Source: Paraphysomonas bandaiensis (lineage: Eukaryota; Protista; Chrysophyceae). Taken from it: a DNA stretch of 64,000 bases. Below are positions 1 to 11,807 of this stretch, one piece after another; within the stretch, counting starts at the first letter, position 1, and the number at the start of each line of letters is the position of its first letter. A program made the position numbers and the translations under genes. The notes under the pieces are model-generated. The model did no database searches. It was given only the letters and a program-made list of their open reading frames with translations, and was not told where the DNA came from. The stretch lies in the NCBI GenBank assembly GCA_965644295.1, contig CBFFRP010000067.1, positions 118,700-182,699 of the forward strand, read 5' to 3'.

Positions 1-524
1 ATAACCATGGCGGGGTTTCCTGTTGACTTTGAGCCATAATATATATAATCAGATACAATCACTATATTTCTATATGTAACACTCTGTTAAAAGTGGAATC
101 TACGTACTAGAAATAACAAAAAACTACTTGTAGTATGTAACACACACTATATAGTAGCAATTACAATTATAGTTCATTCAAGTCGTCATAATGTATGAGA
201 ACTGCAGTTGTTGTGTCTAGAATAAGCAATAGATCCTATAGAGGCTACAGTATACCCCATACACTGTATTTTATATATATATATTACACAAGCAAAATTT
301 GGAGTGTATTAAAAAAAAAAAACTGAAATTAATGTCCCTTGAAGCTATGTGGCCTTTGTGGTATGGTTAGGTCTTTCCTGTATTCTTATTTCTAGTTCCT
401 AATCGAATGTAGTTTACTATGTATATATACTCTGTAACATCAATGTGTTAACTCCTCGAGTTAATAGAAGCATATCTCACTATCACACATCTCTGCTATA
501 TGACATTCAAATGACTTACATGAA

Positions 525-1839
525 ATGATAGCAACTTGTAAAAGTAATCAAGAATTGATGACAAGCATGTGGCATTCTCATCATAATTGTCGCCACTGTA
601 ATAGTAGTGATATAATAACAGACAATTGTACAGGGGATGTTGTGTGTCGTGAATGTGGGACTGTATTAGGAGATAGATTACTTAGTAGTGAAGCAGAATG
701 GAGAGATTATCGTAATGATGATAGAGGGAACTCAGAGAGTGCAGCACGAGCATCTATGAGTACTGCAGATGATGATGATCAAACGACTGTATTTGTTGGG
801 GGGGATAAGTCACAGTGTGAGAAATTAAATAGAATACAGTTATCAACAAGTTCGAAGAAGGAAATGCGTATAGCGGAACGACTTGGTGAAGTAGCGGAGT
901 TATGTTTTAAACTTAGTTTACCCGATGTCATCACGGTAAGTTGGTGATGTGAATAATCATAGTGTCCTTCTAACTCGTGTACACAATGGACGTCAAAAGA
1001 TTGGTTGATGAGTAAGTATTTGATCCGCGTTCTTGCACAGAGAGATGGTATTCCCCTGCACACGTTATATATATAACGTGGGGTCTACTTTCAATTTGGA
1101 ACGTGAGATATGATAATGCTGAAAACGCGATTTCAAATTAACAGTATGTATGTCATGTAGGATTGTTCGTTATGTTTTCCTATATCTTTGCTGTTAGGTT
1201 AATTGTTGTACTAATACTGTATTTGTGTAACAGAGCGCCGCGAAGAAAGTATACCGGTCGGGACATAGTGCTGGAATTAATCGTCTCTGCTCCGGGGATG
1301 TTCTCGTAGCAGCGTCCGTGTATCAAGCATGCACTCTAACAGGTTGCCCTCGTGGTGTCGCTGAGCTTGCTTCCGTGTCTGGTGTTTCTACTAAGAATGT
1401 ACTTAAGATATGTAAGGCTCTGAATAAGTGCACCGACGGAGAGAACTCAGGAGATGATAGAGAGGAGCTGGAAGTTGCGAGAGTGAACCCGGAAAGTCTA
1501 GTCGCCCGAATGGCGTCGTTATTACATCTGCCTCAGACACTTGTGAATGTATGTCGAAATGCCTGTTCAAAAGTTACAGAGTGCGGTTTGACGACTGGAA
1601 CGCATCCTCAATCTGTTGCAGCTGGTGTAGTAGTATTAGTAATGGTTTGTGCCCGCATGGATGTCAACCTTCAGTTAGTTTCTAAGGTATCGTTTTGTCG
1701 GATACAGGCTATAGAAAAAATGTTTATAGTACTTCGACAGCACTGTCTGATCATACTTCCGAAAGATTTAGTGCGTTCTGCTGGCGGAGCGAGTAACATT
1801 CCACTCAATTTCAAAATGCTCGGCTCTTCAGCATTATAA
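525..1839 (+). CDS. TFIIB: TFIIB-family transcription factor (divergent); 2 exons 525-935, 1234-1839
   Basis: Zn ribbon CRHC..GDVVCRECG, B-reader-like SEAEWRDY, two cyclin folds (VAASVYQAC, HPQSVAAG). GT-AG intron 936-1233 keeps the frame. Confidence 0.85.
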
Positions 1840-2588
1840 TTGTTATCTTATATGTATCATAACAGAATACGTCATTTCCGTACTTATTACCCGTGTATAA
1901 GCATAATAATATACTATTTACTTTTGGAAATTGGATAGCTCTTCTAGCACATTCTGTTTTAGATTATAGCCGTTACTCTTAAATGGTTCTTGGCGTGTGG
2001 GTGTACACTCATTATCCAGTCAGTAACTAACTGCTAACTGACATGTACCCTTATAGTTAAATTACAAAACTTAGTAAATGCATCACTCAATTCTGGTAAT
2101 TCTTACTAAGTTGATATTTTAATGAGCAGTGCTTCAGTCGATTACTAATTCTAAATAAACGCGGAGGCGGGAAAAAGAGGCAAGCCCTTTTTTTAACCCC
2201 AAACCCCATTTCATATTTCATTGGGGCTTTCTCTTCGAGAATTTTTCTAAGTTAGGGATATATTTCATAATTGATCCGCAATCCGCATATGTAATTTGAC
2301 TACATTATTCGTCATAACGGGAATAATTCAAAAGAGTGTTGCAGTTTTGTAGCAAGGGGATTCATGTGATACCTGTTTTCAACTACAAATTCGAAATCTT
2401 AAATGCAGCTTCCACTTGCTTACAACTTACAAAGCAGCAAAACTTAGGAGGGGACATTCAGGCTTCATATAACTCATTTCTACACGTTACAACCGATTAT
2501 GTCTTTAAAAAATCACAACAGAAAACGTACAATCCTTTTTTTTGTGTATATCTCAACCATATATTATACTATCACAATGAACATGTTT

Positions 2589-3596
2589 TTAATTTGTAGA
2601 GCTATCTAATTCACTGCGAGGAATGAAAAGCAATATATGTACACCCACAGCACACCTGGAGTCGCAGTTCCGTCTAACACCTGTGACTTCTGGTAAAACT
2701 ATTTCCTGTCATAGAAGATGAAAACAAACACAAGAAAGAGTAGAATATCTAAACCTGTATGGTATAACTCAATTCTAATTTCTGTAAAAATTCTTTCTCC
2801 CTCCTACATATAAAAATTTACTTCATTTCATAAATAATAAATCATACTTACTCGTCATGTCTTCTTTTATAAGTTACTATCATCCGCTTGAATTCTAGTT
2901 GGCTAAGAACCACCTCCAAGCTTTCATAACATGAAGGATCATATAAAATATCACTCCCGAGTACAGTATCAATGACAATGCTCTGCCCTCCGAAAGCAGG
3001 ATTCAGTGCGGCCTTCAGGTTTCTAGAAGTCCTATTGTAACACTCACAGTAAACCAACAAGGAGGGGAGGTAGCTAATTAATACGTACCAATTATATAAA
3101 ATAAATTGACAATCCTCCTTCTTTCGACCTATGGAAGCTATGTTTTCATTCATAACGTCAAATTCAATATAATCGGTGAGCACCACTTTTTTCGCCCCTA
3201 AAATCGACGCTACAATTCCACACACCTATTTCATGTTAATGTCTACACTATATATCCGTCATCTACTTACACCAGTACCGCACCCTATATCCAAACATGT
3301 TTGACCGGATATGTAGTCATCACTGCAAGTATTGATGAGGTCAACCATTAATAAACCCTAATGATATAGTTACATGTATAGATGAACACCTATAGATTAC
3401 TTACACAGTCCCATACAACAGCCCCTAATTCATTATTAATATCTTGTGCTATAGTTAATGTATGATGATCTCTACAGTAGATATCAATAGATGGGGCCGA
3501 TGCTCTGATATAAGAAACACCCGTCTTACTACCATATGCAGGAGGGGGTTCATCAAATATATCTGGCCATGATCTATAAGATAGAGTGGATGTCAT
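2589..3596 (-). CDS. METTL21/family-16 protein lysine methyltransferase, multi-exon
   Basis: LGAVVWDC, CLDIGCGTG, VVLTD and VLGSDILY motifs spread over short exons. Confidence 0.85.
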
Positions 3597-4243
3597 GGTA
3601 GATTATGTTAGAAGCACCTTAACCCACTCAGGCACTTCTCATACATTATGCATGTCCACTGCATCATACTGCTGCTCTGTGTACAATAAAAACGCTGAAT
3701 ACTTATAGTTTTTACCTATTTTAAGTAGTGTATTGAATATTTTCTGAAATATTGGGTTAAAATCAGAGGTTTTCCTGCTTATACATGTATTCATGCTAGA
3801 AAATGCATTTTTTTTCGTAATTATTTCGATTTTAGATATGATGCAATTTTGATGACTTCAGAATACCATAAATACTCTGGAATACAATTCTAGAATTCAG
3901 TTTCTATAAGTACGTGCGTACCGGTTAGCACAACATATGCTTTCGTCAGCACATCTGTATTCCATTCATTCTACGGCTCCAATAGTACCTTTATACCATA
4001 TGTAGAATATCCCATTATTTCGCTTTTATGAACATAAAAACTGATGTTTTTTAGTTTTTTAATATTATAATATGTCAATATTCGTTAGAATATGTTCCAA
4101 TCAACATACAGGATTATCACCATCAAGATGTTGTTCCATACCATCATTACATGCATGTATATTAAGAACTCTCACTCTCATCTACATTATATAGAATACA
4201 TATACATATACATTGATATCCTTCATAAAATTAGTATATCAAT

Positions 4244-5362
4244 ATGAAAGATAATGATGAACAACCATGTAAACGAGCTAGACATCTTTGTTCATTAGGA
4301 ACAGGGGAGGTTGTTCATGTCTTATCATATAAAGCACTACCTGATAAAATAGATGCATTTGAAATTATTGTACAAGGACTTGCACGATGTGTGTATTGTA
4401 TGGAAGCATCAGGTAACACTCTATACTCTTATCACTTATAATCAGATATATATGGTAATATAATGTATACAGTTACTGATGTACGTGTATGTCATCCCTG
4501 CTGTGGAGAGGTCGTGTTTGTGTTTACATTTATTTCGAAAGACGCACTTGAAAAGTTTAGAAAAGGCCCACAAGCTGAATTTGAGAGATCTCTACATGGA
4601 ATAGTAACTCCAGATGCCCCTGCGTCTCCTACCTTCTCAGCCACTGGCACACTCATGCCAGCAGCACACACCCTCTCTTCTCTTGTTGAGTTCCTAAAGG
4701 CGAATATCAAAGGCTCCAACCACAGTGCACATAACGTTCGTATGGTATCCCGAGAACTTGAGAAATGGTTTCCTCGTCCCTCCGAGTATCAGCGATACAT
4801 TCAGTTAGACCAGTGTGATGCTACGAAATACACTCGCAATTTGATATATGGTAATGAACACTTCGACTGTATTCTAATGTGTTGGCCCCCTGGTTCTCAA
4901 TCGACTATACACGATCACGATGTATCCTCCTGTTGGGTAGCTGTCGTTGAGGGAACGGTATATGAAGTGCAGTATGCCCTTCCAAGGCTCGACAAAAAGT
5001 TTATCGAAATGGAACAGCGAGACCCTGCCACTGCGGTGGGTAACTGTGGCAAACTCAAGGTGATCAATGTTGCATGTCTAGACACAGGCGGGGTCACGGG
5101 AACATATGCTAACAACGAAATTGGAATTCACAGGGTTGAAAACCGTTCTGACAAACTGGCTTGCACTCTGCATGTCTATGCCCCCCCCCTACGGAAGATG
5201 AAAATATTCGACGAGAATGGGTGTGTAAAGGTTTGCATTGCTGAGAATCGTCCGGCATGCAGCGGAGGATCCTGCAAGGATCAGTGGGTTATGCCATGCG
5301 AAGGTATATTTGATGTGGAAGCCTGGAATAAAGTCCTTCAGGAGACGGAGTCCGAAGCTTAA
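4244..5362 (+). CDS. CDO1: Cysteine dioxygenase with extra N-terminal domain; intron about 4413-4470
   Basis: YTRNLI, CWPPGSQSTIHDH..SSCW, HRVEN, TLHVYAPP (3-His triad and the Cys/Tyr crosslink positions). Confidence 0.9.
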
Positions 5363-5746
5363 CTTTCGCGTGTGTTCATTTATGCTGTATGCATTGAATC
5401 CTTTAAGTATTTGTCATCCTACAACTGCATGTAGAATGTGACTTCGAGTTAGAATTATGATTTTTACAATTACGGAGTATAATAAATGAATGGATGTTGT
5501 CGCACTTGTATATTCGCAGTAGGCTACGACCGTCACCTACTTCAGGAATCAATAATATTAGCCGCTATTTTAAATGTGGTTGAGTCTCTCAGTATTACTC
5601 AGTAAGACATGACAAGAATAGTGGAATACAGATTGTGGTCATCTCGGAACATGGGTAGTTAAAGTCAGGGCCTGGTAACCGTTATTGGTAATGGCCATTA
5701 TAATTGCCTGGGACTGGGCACGTTAATGGGCCATAAATAGTTACCA

Positions 5747-6012
5747 TATTAGGATTCAGCTTAATACATGATTGTATCTGTGAGTTATAATGTTCAATGA
5801 AATACACCATGAACTGAATTAGAGAGAGTATCTGTCGAAGATACGTGATCGTCATCATAACGTCGTCATTATCAGTTACACTTCTAACTATTCCGTTGTG
5901 CATGATAGTACGTTCTATATTGTTATTCATAATTTTTCACTCTATCGTGTTCATTACTTACACTCTAATAATCACAACATTGTTTTACTATTATAAAGAT
6001 CAATTCTTTATT
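5747..6012 (+). repeat. 5' LTR
   Basis: Matches 11218-11483 with no difference seen. Confidence 0.95.
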
Positions 6013-6022
6013 TGGTAGCGAG
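6013..6022 (+). promoter_or_regulatory. Primer-binding site TGGTAGCGAG (likely initiator tRNA-Met)
   Basis: TGG directly after the LTR; TGG-T-A fits the A73 and A1:U72 signature of eukaryotic tRNAi. Confidence 0.7.
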
Positions 6023-9000
6023 ATGTCAGTTAAAGTTACAAGTTACGACTCAACCGACTCGGATTCGACAACCGACAAGCGAAAGGACTCAATGCCAAAA
6101 TTCGATGCGAAGAACTTCTCCAGGTGGCAGAAGAAGTGCCGTGCATGGTTCTATCGCAAGCCTAAGATCGTTTATACTCTACAGAACGATCACCCAATTG
6201 AGCCTGAAGCAGGAGAAAACTCAGATGACGAGGACTACCAGTATCGACTCGAACAGTATCAGGATGCAAAACGATATTATGATGAAGGTAATAACTACCT
6301 ATGGTCAGTCATTGCAAGCTCTATCATTGGTCAGAATGAAGAGGCTGAAGGGATTTTGGAGAACGTCCCCGATGGAGACGGTAAAACCGCCTGGACGGAC
6401 TTGCTCAACCACTTCAAAGAAAAAACGACTAACGACGTCATCACTGATCTGATTGGCCAGTTTCAGAGCATAAAAATCAAAAAAGGTCAGTCGATAATCA
6501 ACTTTCTTGACGCTGTCGAAAAGCTCCGAAACAAGCTGATTAATTATGGTCATCGGATAAGTGACCAAGATCTCATATCACGCATTCGACAAGGCCTGGT
6601 ATCCAAAGAAAATATGACGTATCGTGAACTGGCGATCAACCTGCAGATGCACCCTATCGATGACTACAAAACACTCATACGCAGACTACGCGGATTAGGA
6701 AGCTCGTCTGTCGGAATGCTCTTGTCAAGCAACGAAGAAACAAAAACCGACAGTATTCAGCTTGCAGCCTCAAAACCCCCATTTTTCAAAAGTAAAGTGA
6801 ATTCCAAGCGCAAAAAGGGGACATCTTTCAGAAACCGTTCCAATAAACCGAAACATGACAAGAGAGCTGACAAGGACATTAAGTGTTTCCGATGCGATGG
6901 AAAAGGACACATCGCTTCAGAATGCAAACACTCATGGGAAAGAATCCAACAGATGAAGAATTCCTCTGGAAACAAATCAACCAGTAGGAAATTCAAAAAA
7001 GTTAGATTCCAGACCCACCAGAGCACTGAAAACGACGACTCCGACCAGTTTGCAGATTATGAAGACAGTGGTCCATTACAACAGAAAGGACGAGACTTCG
7101 GAGGAGTCGGATATCCAACAAACGACGAAACGAACTTCGTTTTTGATCAAGAAGCCGGAATGGGGACCCTTGATTCTGGCTGCACAGTCTCCATCACACC
7201 TGAAGCCGGATACATCACCAATTATGAGGAATGCCTCACCGACATTCAAACAGCTAAGTCAGGATCAACTATGACCTCTTCAGGACATGGAAGACTTGGT
7301 ATTATCCCCAAGTGCAAGCACGTGGACCATGCTTCAAGAACACTCGTGTCCATCAGCCAATTAGATGACCTAGGGTATAAAATCTTGTTCGGAAACCAAT
7401 CAGTTGAGATATATAAAGATGAAATACTGCTATCAAAGGGTAAGAGAGTTGGAGGCCTATATGAAATTCCGTTAACAGACCTCGGTACTCCTATTGACGA
7501 ATCCCACCTTGCTTCAACTGCTTCAGGCCCACTCGCAACCCTAGCACATAAGAGATTGGCACATTCTTCAATTGGACTCATACAGAAAGCTGTACAGTCA
7601 AAATTAGTAACGGGTATTAAGTTAACGAAGTCGGAGATGAATGCTACTTCTTTACCGGGTGGCCTATGTGATGGTTGTGCTAGTGGTAAATCTCATCGCC
7701 GAAAACATAGACACGCTATCAGACAAATGCTGCTCAAGCGTGTAAGAAGAGCGAATGAGCTGGGGGAGCTAGTAGTAGCCGATTTTTCTGGACCCCATGC
7801 ACCGGAGGCAATCATTACTGGCAACCGTTACATACTCGGGATGACAGATGTAGCTTCCAGACACCAATGGGACTCCTACGGACCAACGAGAGATGAAGAT
7901 TTCGTCATCCAATCCATCCAGAAAGTTGTCATGTATCTACATAGTAAAGGCAAACGCCTACAACATTATCATGCGGATGGCGGGAAGGAACTGGTATCAA
8001 GAAAAGTTCTAGAGTATCTTCAATCAATAGGGGCTACATGGACTTTCAACTCTCCGTATACCCCCGAGGATAACCCATTCCAAGAGCGATCATGGCGGAC
8101 AACAAAAGAACGAGCACTCAGCAGCCTTATCGACTCTGGACTCCCACCGAATTTCTGGGAACAAGCCTCAAGGGCGACAATACACATCAAGAACAGGTTA
8201 CCGTGTCAAACAGCTAAAGGATTTATGTCTCCACTTCAGTTTATCGAAAACGAAATACCAGACTTGAGTTATGCCAGAATATGGGGATGTAAATGCTTTG
8301 TGAATATCGATTCCAGTCTCCGAAAGAACAATTGGGACAGACATAGCTGGCCTGGGTATTTTATGGGCTATCGAGAGGATGGTCCTGGATATATAGTCTT
8401 TGTTCCCGCATTAAGAGATTTTGTTATATCAGGACATGTATTTTTCAACGAATGTGTCCCACCAGCGGATAAGAGATATTTTAAAGAGATAAATGAGATC
8501 TTCAGAGAGAATGAGACCTCCAGGACAGTAGAAAGTTTCAAATATCTCATAGGTCTAGCTCATGTAGATCCAGACGATGGATTAACATATGTAACGACTC
8601 AAATAAAGCTCAGAAAAGGATTAATCGCAGCGTATCGTGGTCTAGTCGACGACAGTGGTGACAAGACACGACTCATCCAGCTCGACGACCCTATTCATGC
8701 TGCAGACGTCGAAAAGTACACTGAAGAATACATAGAACTCAAAGCAGTTGGTCTCAAATGTATTACGTCTCGATCGAAAACCCCAATACATAAATCCAGC
8801 AAATCAGATCAAGACCCCGATACAGTTATTGGATCTCCAGCGCCAGCCGCTACTTCCAGGGGGAGTGGCGAGAATCTCAGACATCATGATGCCGCGCAGG
8901 AGAGAATCAGCAGCCATCGGTGTGAACCTACCCACTCCGATGCAAAGATAGCGAAGACTCGCCCTCCGAAACAATTCAATGGGAATCTAGTGCCGAATCC

Positions 9001-11017
9001 GGCACCACACGGTCAAGTGGATCGTGTGCACCAGCGTATGGCCAAACGCGGTAACAAGTCTGCTGATTCATCGGGAGATTGGGAAAATCAGGGTACACCT
9101 GAAGGGCCAAGTAAGGTCCGTGCTACAGCAAAACAACAATTTTTAGCTGGTAGAAAGAGTGTTCTCCGAAGCAGGAGAATGGCCAGGAAACGGGTAATTG
9201 TAAATATACACAAACTAGGTGATGGTGTATATACATGTGATGTAAATGCTAAACATGTAGTAAATCATATGGCACATGACACACAATGTATATCAAAATT
9301 ACATACAAACAATATTGATATTGTTATGCATGCTATCAGTAATTGCGATGACATTGACGAGCTAACCGATACACCAAAGAGTGTTCAAGATGCTATTTCA
9401 GGTAAATATAAACAGCAGTGGATCGATGCTATCAATAGAGAAATATCCACTCTTCAGAGGAAAGGGTGCTGGAGATACACTGCGTTACCACCTGGAGCAA
9501 GAGCCATAAAGGGGAAACTCATATTCAAAATAAAAAGAAAACAGAATGATATCAAATTCAAGGCTCGACTAGTCGCACAGGGTTTTACTCAAATCCAAGG
9601 CATCGATTACAATGATACATACAGCCCCGTCGCAAAGGCTACATCACTACGTACAATTATTGCCCTTTCGACTATTATGAAACTCAAATTGCACCAAATC
9701 GATTTCACAACTGCGTACATCAATGCTGACCTCGAAGAGGACATATACATGTATCCCCCTCCTGGCATGGACGTCCCTGACGGAAAAGTCCTCAAACTGA
9801 TGAAAAGCATCTACGGTCTAAAGCAAGCAGGTCTTAACTGGTATAAGTGCTGTACAAATTTTATGCTAGATATGGGTTTCACCAGACTAATATCTGACCC
9901 GTGTATATTCAAAAAGCAGATTAATGGCAGGATTATGCTAATAGCCATGTATGTGGATGATATTATTATAGCATCTACATCCGACACTGATATCCAACAA
10001 TTCAAAGACCATTTATCCAAAAAGTTCGAAATTACGGATCTCGGACTCCTAGACTATTACTTGGGCATCTCCATTCATCAAGATTTTGACAAAAATATCA
10101 CGACTCTCAGTCAGGAGCAGTACGTCAGAAAGTTACTGGACAAATTCAACATGTCTAACAGTAAACCCATGTCAACACCTATGTTACTGTCTTTCAACTA
10201 TGATTTACATGAATACAATCATCTTTCAGAGTCAAATCAAAGTTATGTTCAGAATTTCCCCTACAAGGAACTCATAGGTTCACTAATGTATCTAGCTGTA
10301 TGCACTCGACCGGATATCGCCTATGCAGTCAATACTCTTGCCAGATTCTCTGATATGCCTAATCTAACTACCTGTAATGCTGCGCTACATGTTCTTAGGT
10401 ATCTCAAAGGCACTGCTAAGCAAGGATTGATATATTCTGGATCCCACATAACATTGTCAGGATACTGCGATAGCGATTGGGCACGGTGTCACCTCACTCG
10501 ACGGTCCACTACAGCTTTTACATTCTTCATAGGTAATTGTCTTATATCATGGCAATCTCGATTACAGACAACTGTGGCATTGTCATCTACTGAAGCTGAG
10601 TATATGGCTCTATCGTCAGCAGCTCAGGAAGCATTATGGCTACGCTCTTTATTATCCGAAATTGGTTTCAAACTTCCATTCTCAACAACTATTTGGTGCG
10701 ATAATAAAGGGGCAGTCCAATTATGTTACAATCCTACTCATCATCGTCGTACGAAACATATTGCGATACGGTATCATTTCATTCGAGAAAATATTGCCGA
10801 AAACCAATTGACTGTTGACCATATTCCCACCACGTCAATGTTAGCCGATCTTCTCACGAAACCACTAGGAGCAACTAATTTTCTTCAATTGCGAACTACA
10901 TTGATGGGGGGAGCTGGGTTCGACATCCCATCCAGCAGCAACAGGAAGCGATCAACAACCTCAGAGACACCTAAATCACAATTAACAAGCCACAAGCGAC
11001 CTAGGTGGCTAGTTTGA
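6023..11017 (+). CDS. Copia Gag-Pol polyprotein (gag, Zn knuckle, PR, IN, RT, RNase H)
   Basis: CFRCDGKGHIASEC; LDSGCT; HKRLAH..CDGC plus DDE core; FKARLVAQGF, MYVDD; YCDSDWA, LSSTEAEY, ADLLTKPL. Copia domain order. Confidence 0.97.
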   Translation: MSVKVTSYDSTDSDSTTDKRKDSMPKFDAKNFSRWQKKCRAWFYRKPKIVYTLQNDHPIEPEAGENSDDEDYQYRLEQYQDAKRYYDEGNNYLWSVIASSIIGQNEEAEGILENVPDGDGKTAWTDLLNHFKEKTTNDVITDLIGQFQSIKIKKGQSIINFLDAVEKLRNKLINYGHRISDQDLISRIRQGLVSKENMTYRELAINLQMHPIDDYKTLIRRLRGLGSSSVGMLLSSNEETKTDSIQLAASKPPFFKSKVNSKRKKGTSFRNRSNKPKHDKRADKDIKCFRCDGKGHIASECKHSWERIQQMKNSSGNKSTSRKFKKVRFQTHQSTENDDSDQFADYEDSGPLQQKGRDFGGVGYPTNDETNFVFDQEAGMGTLDSGCTVSITPEAGYITNYEECLTDIQTAKSGSTMTSSGHGRLGIIPKCKHVDHASRTLVSISQLDDLGYKILFGNQSVEIYKDEILLSKGKRVGGLYEIPLTDLGTPIDESHLASTASGPLATLAHKRLAHSSIGLIQKAVQSKLVTGIKLTKSEMNATSLPGGLCDGCASGKSHRRKHRHAIRQMLLKRVRRANELGELVVADFSGPHAPEAIITGNRYILGMTDVASRHQWDSYGPTRDEDFVIQSIQKVVMYLHSKGKRLQHYHADGGKELVSRKVLEYLQSIGATWTFNSPYTPEDNPFQERSWRTTKERALSSLIDSGLPPNFWEQASRATIHIKNRLPCQTAKGFMSPLQFIENEIPDLSYARIWGCKCFVNIDSSLRKNNWDRHSWPGYFMGYREDGPGYIVFVPALRDFVISGHVFFNECVPPADKRYFKEINEIFRENETSRTVESFKYLIGLAHVDPDDGLTYVTTQIKLRKGLIAAYRGLVDDSGDKTRLIQLDDPIHAADVEKYTEEYIELKAVGLKCITSRSKTPIHKSSKSDQDPDTVIGSPAPAATSRGSGENLRHHDAAQERISSHRCEPTHSDAKIAKTRPPKQFNGNLVPNPAPHGQVDRVHQRMAKRGNKSADSSGDWENQGTPEGPSKVRATAKQQFLAGRKSVLRSRRMARKRVIVNIHKLGDGVYTCDVNAKHVVNHMAHDTQCISKLHTNNIDIVMHAISNCDDIDELTDTPKSVQDAISGKYKQQWIDAINREISTLQRKGCWRYTALPPGARAIKGKLIFKIKRKQNDIKFKARLVAQGFTQIQGIDYNDTYSPVAKATSLRTIIALSTIMKLKLHQIDFTTAYINADLEEDIYMYPPPGMDVPDGKVLKLMKSIYGLKQAGLNWYKCCTNFMLDMGFTRLISDPCIFKKQINGRIMLIAMYVDDIIIASTSDTDIQQFKDHLSKKFEITDLGLLDYYLGISIHQDFDKNITTLSQEQYVRKLLDKFNMSNSKPMSTPMLLSFNYDLHEYNHLSESNQSYVQNFPYKELIGSLMYLAVCTRPDIAYAVNTLARFSDMPNLTTCNAALHVLRYLKGTAKQGLIYSGSHITLSGYCDSDWARCHLTRRSTTAFTFFIGNCLISWQSRLQTTVALSSTEAEYMALSSAAQEALWLRSLLSEIGFKLPFSTTIWCDNKGAVQLCYNPTHHRRTKHIAIRYHFIRENIAENQLTVDHIPTTSMLADLLTKPLGATNFLQLRTTLMGGAGFDIPSSSNRKRSTTSETPKSQLTSHKRPRWLV

Positions 11018-11206
11018 GTTACACGGAGTTTTTACCATTTTTTTTTACTTTTATTCAATACATGATGCTGGACTAGAAGGATAGTCTCACAATATGGCAT
11101 CTCTGCAGTTCGCTTATTATTGTCTAGTGACTGCTACTCTGGTTTTTATTCTCAGTGTGCATAAGTTCATATTCTCTCTATTATCTACGGTTCACTGATT
11201 ATTTCA

Positions 11207-11217
11207 TTGAGGGGGCG
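11207..11217 (+). promoter_or_regulatory. Polypurine tract
   Basis: ttgagggggcg immediately before the 3' LTR. Confidence 0.85.
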
Positions 11218-11483
11218 TATTAGGATTCAGCTTAATACATGATTGTATCTGTGAGTTATAATGTTCAATGAAATACACCATGAACTGAATTAGAGAGAGT
11301 ATCTGTCGAAGATACGTGATCGTCATCATAACGTCGTCATTATCAGTTACACTTCTAACTATTCCGTTGTGCATGATAGTACGTTCTATATTGTTATTCA
11401 TAATTTTTCACTCTATCGTGTTCATTACTTACACTCTAATAATCACAACATTGTTTTACTATTATAAAGATCAATTCTTTATT
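11218..11483 (+). repeat. 3' LTR
   Basis: Matches the 5' LTR. Confidence 0.95.
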
Positions 11484-11807
11484 TACCAGGCCCTGGTTAG
11501 AGTTAAATCTGGTAGACTAAAAAATGGATAAATGTTTAGGCGAAACTAACAAAGTTCTAATTTAAGAACTGCGATACACAATTATCTTGATATCTCGTGG
11601 TAGTATAGAATCACATATGGCTTAAGTCTTAGGTACAGTAAATTGCGAACAGTTATGAGACAGTAACAAGACAAAAGTGAATTAACTTGCTTTATCATTT
11701 ATCATAGTAAATATATGGAAATATATAATAAAAATGACTTATGTTGTCATTTGCTTAGAGTATCACAGACTACACTCAAATACAATATAGGCACTTGTAC
11801 ATACAGA

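Larger units (their letters stand above)
5747..11483 (+). mobile_element. Full-length Ty1/Copia LTR retrotransposon
   Basis: Two 266-bp LTRs, PBS, PPT, single gag-pol ORF, TSD tacca (5742-5746/11484-11488). Confidence 0.97.
5666..11495. mobile_element. hAT-type MITE copy 1, split by the Copia insertion (5666-5746 + 11489-11495)
   Basis: Left TIR CAGGGCCTGGTAAC. The right TIR is rebuilt as GTTACCA|GGCCCTG across the insertion. 8-bp TSD gttaaagt/gttagagt. Confidence 0.85.

Noticed and set aside
5682-5930. Antisense ORF duplicated at 11204-11401
   Set aside because: Chance ORF in the AT-rich LTR.
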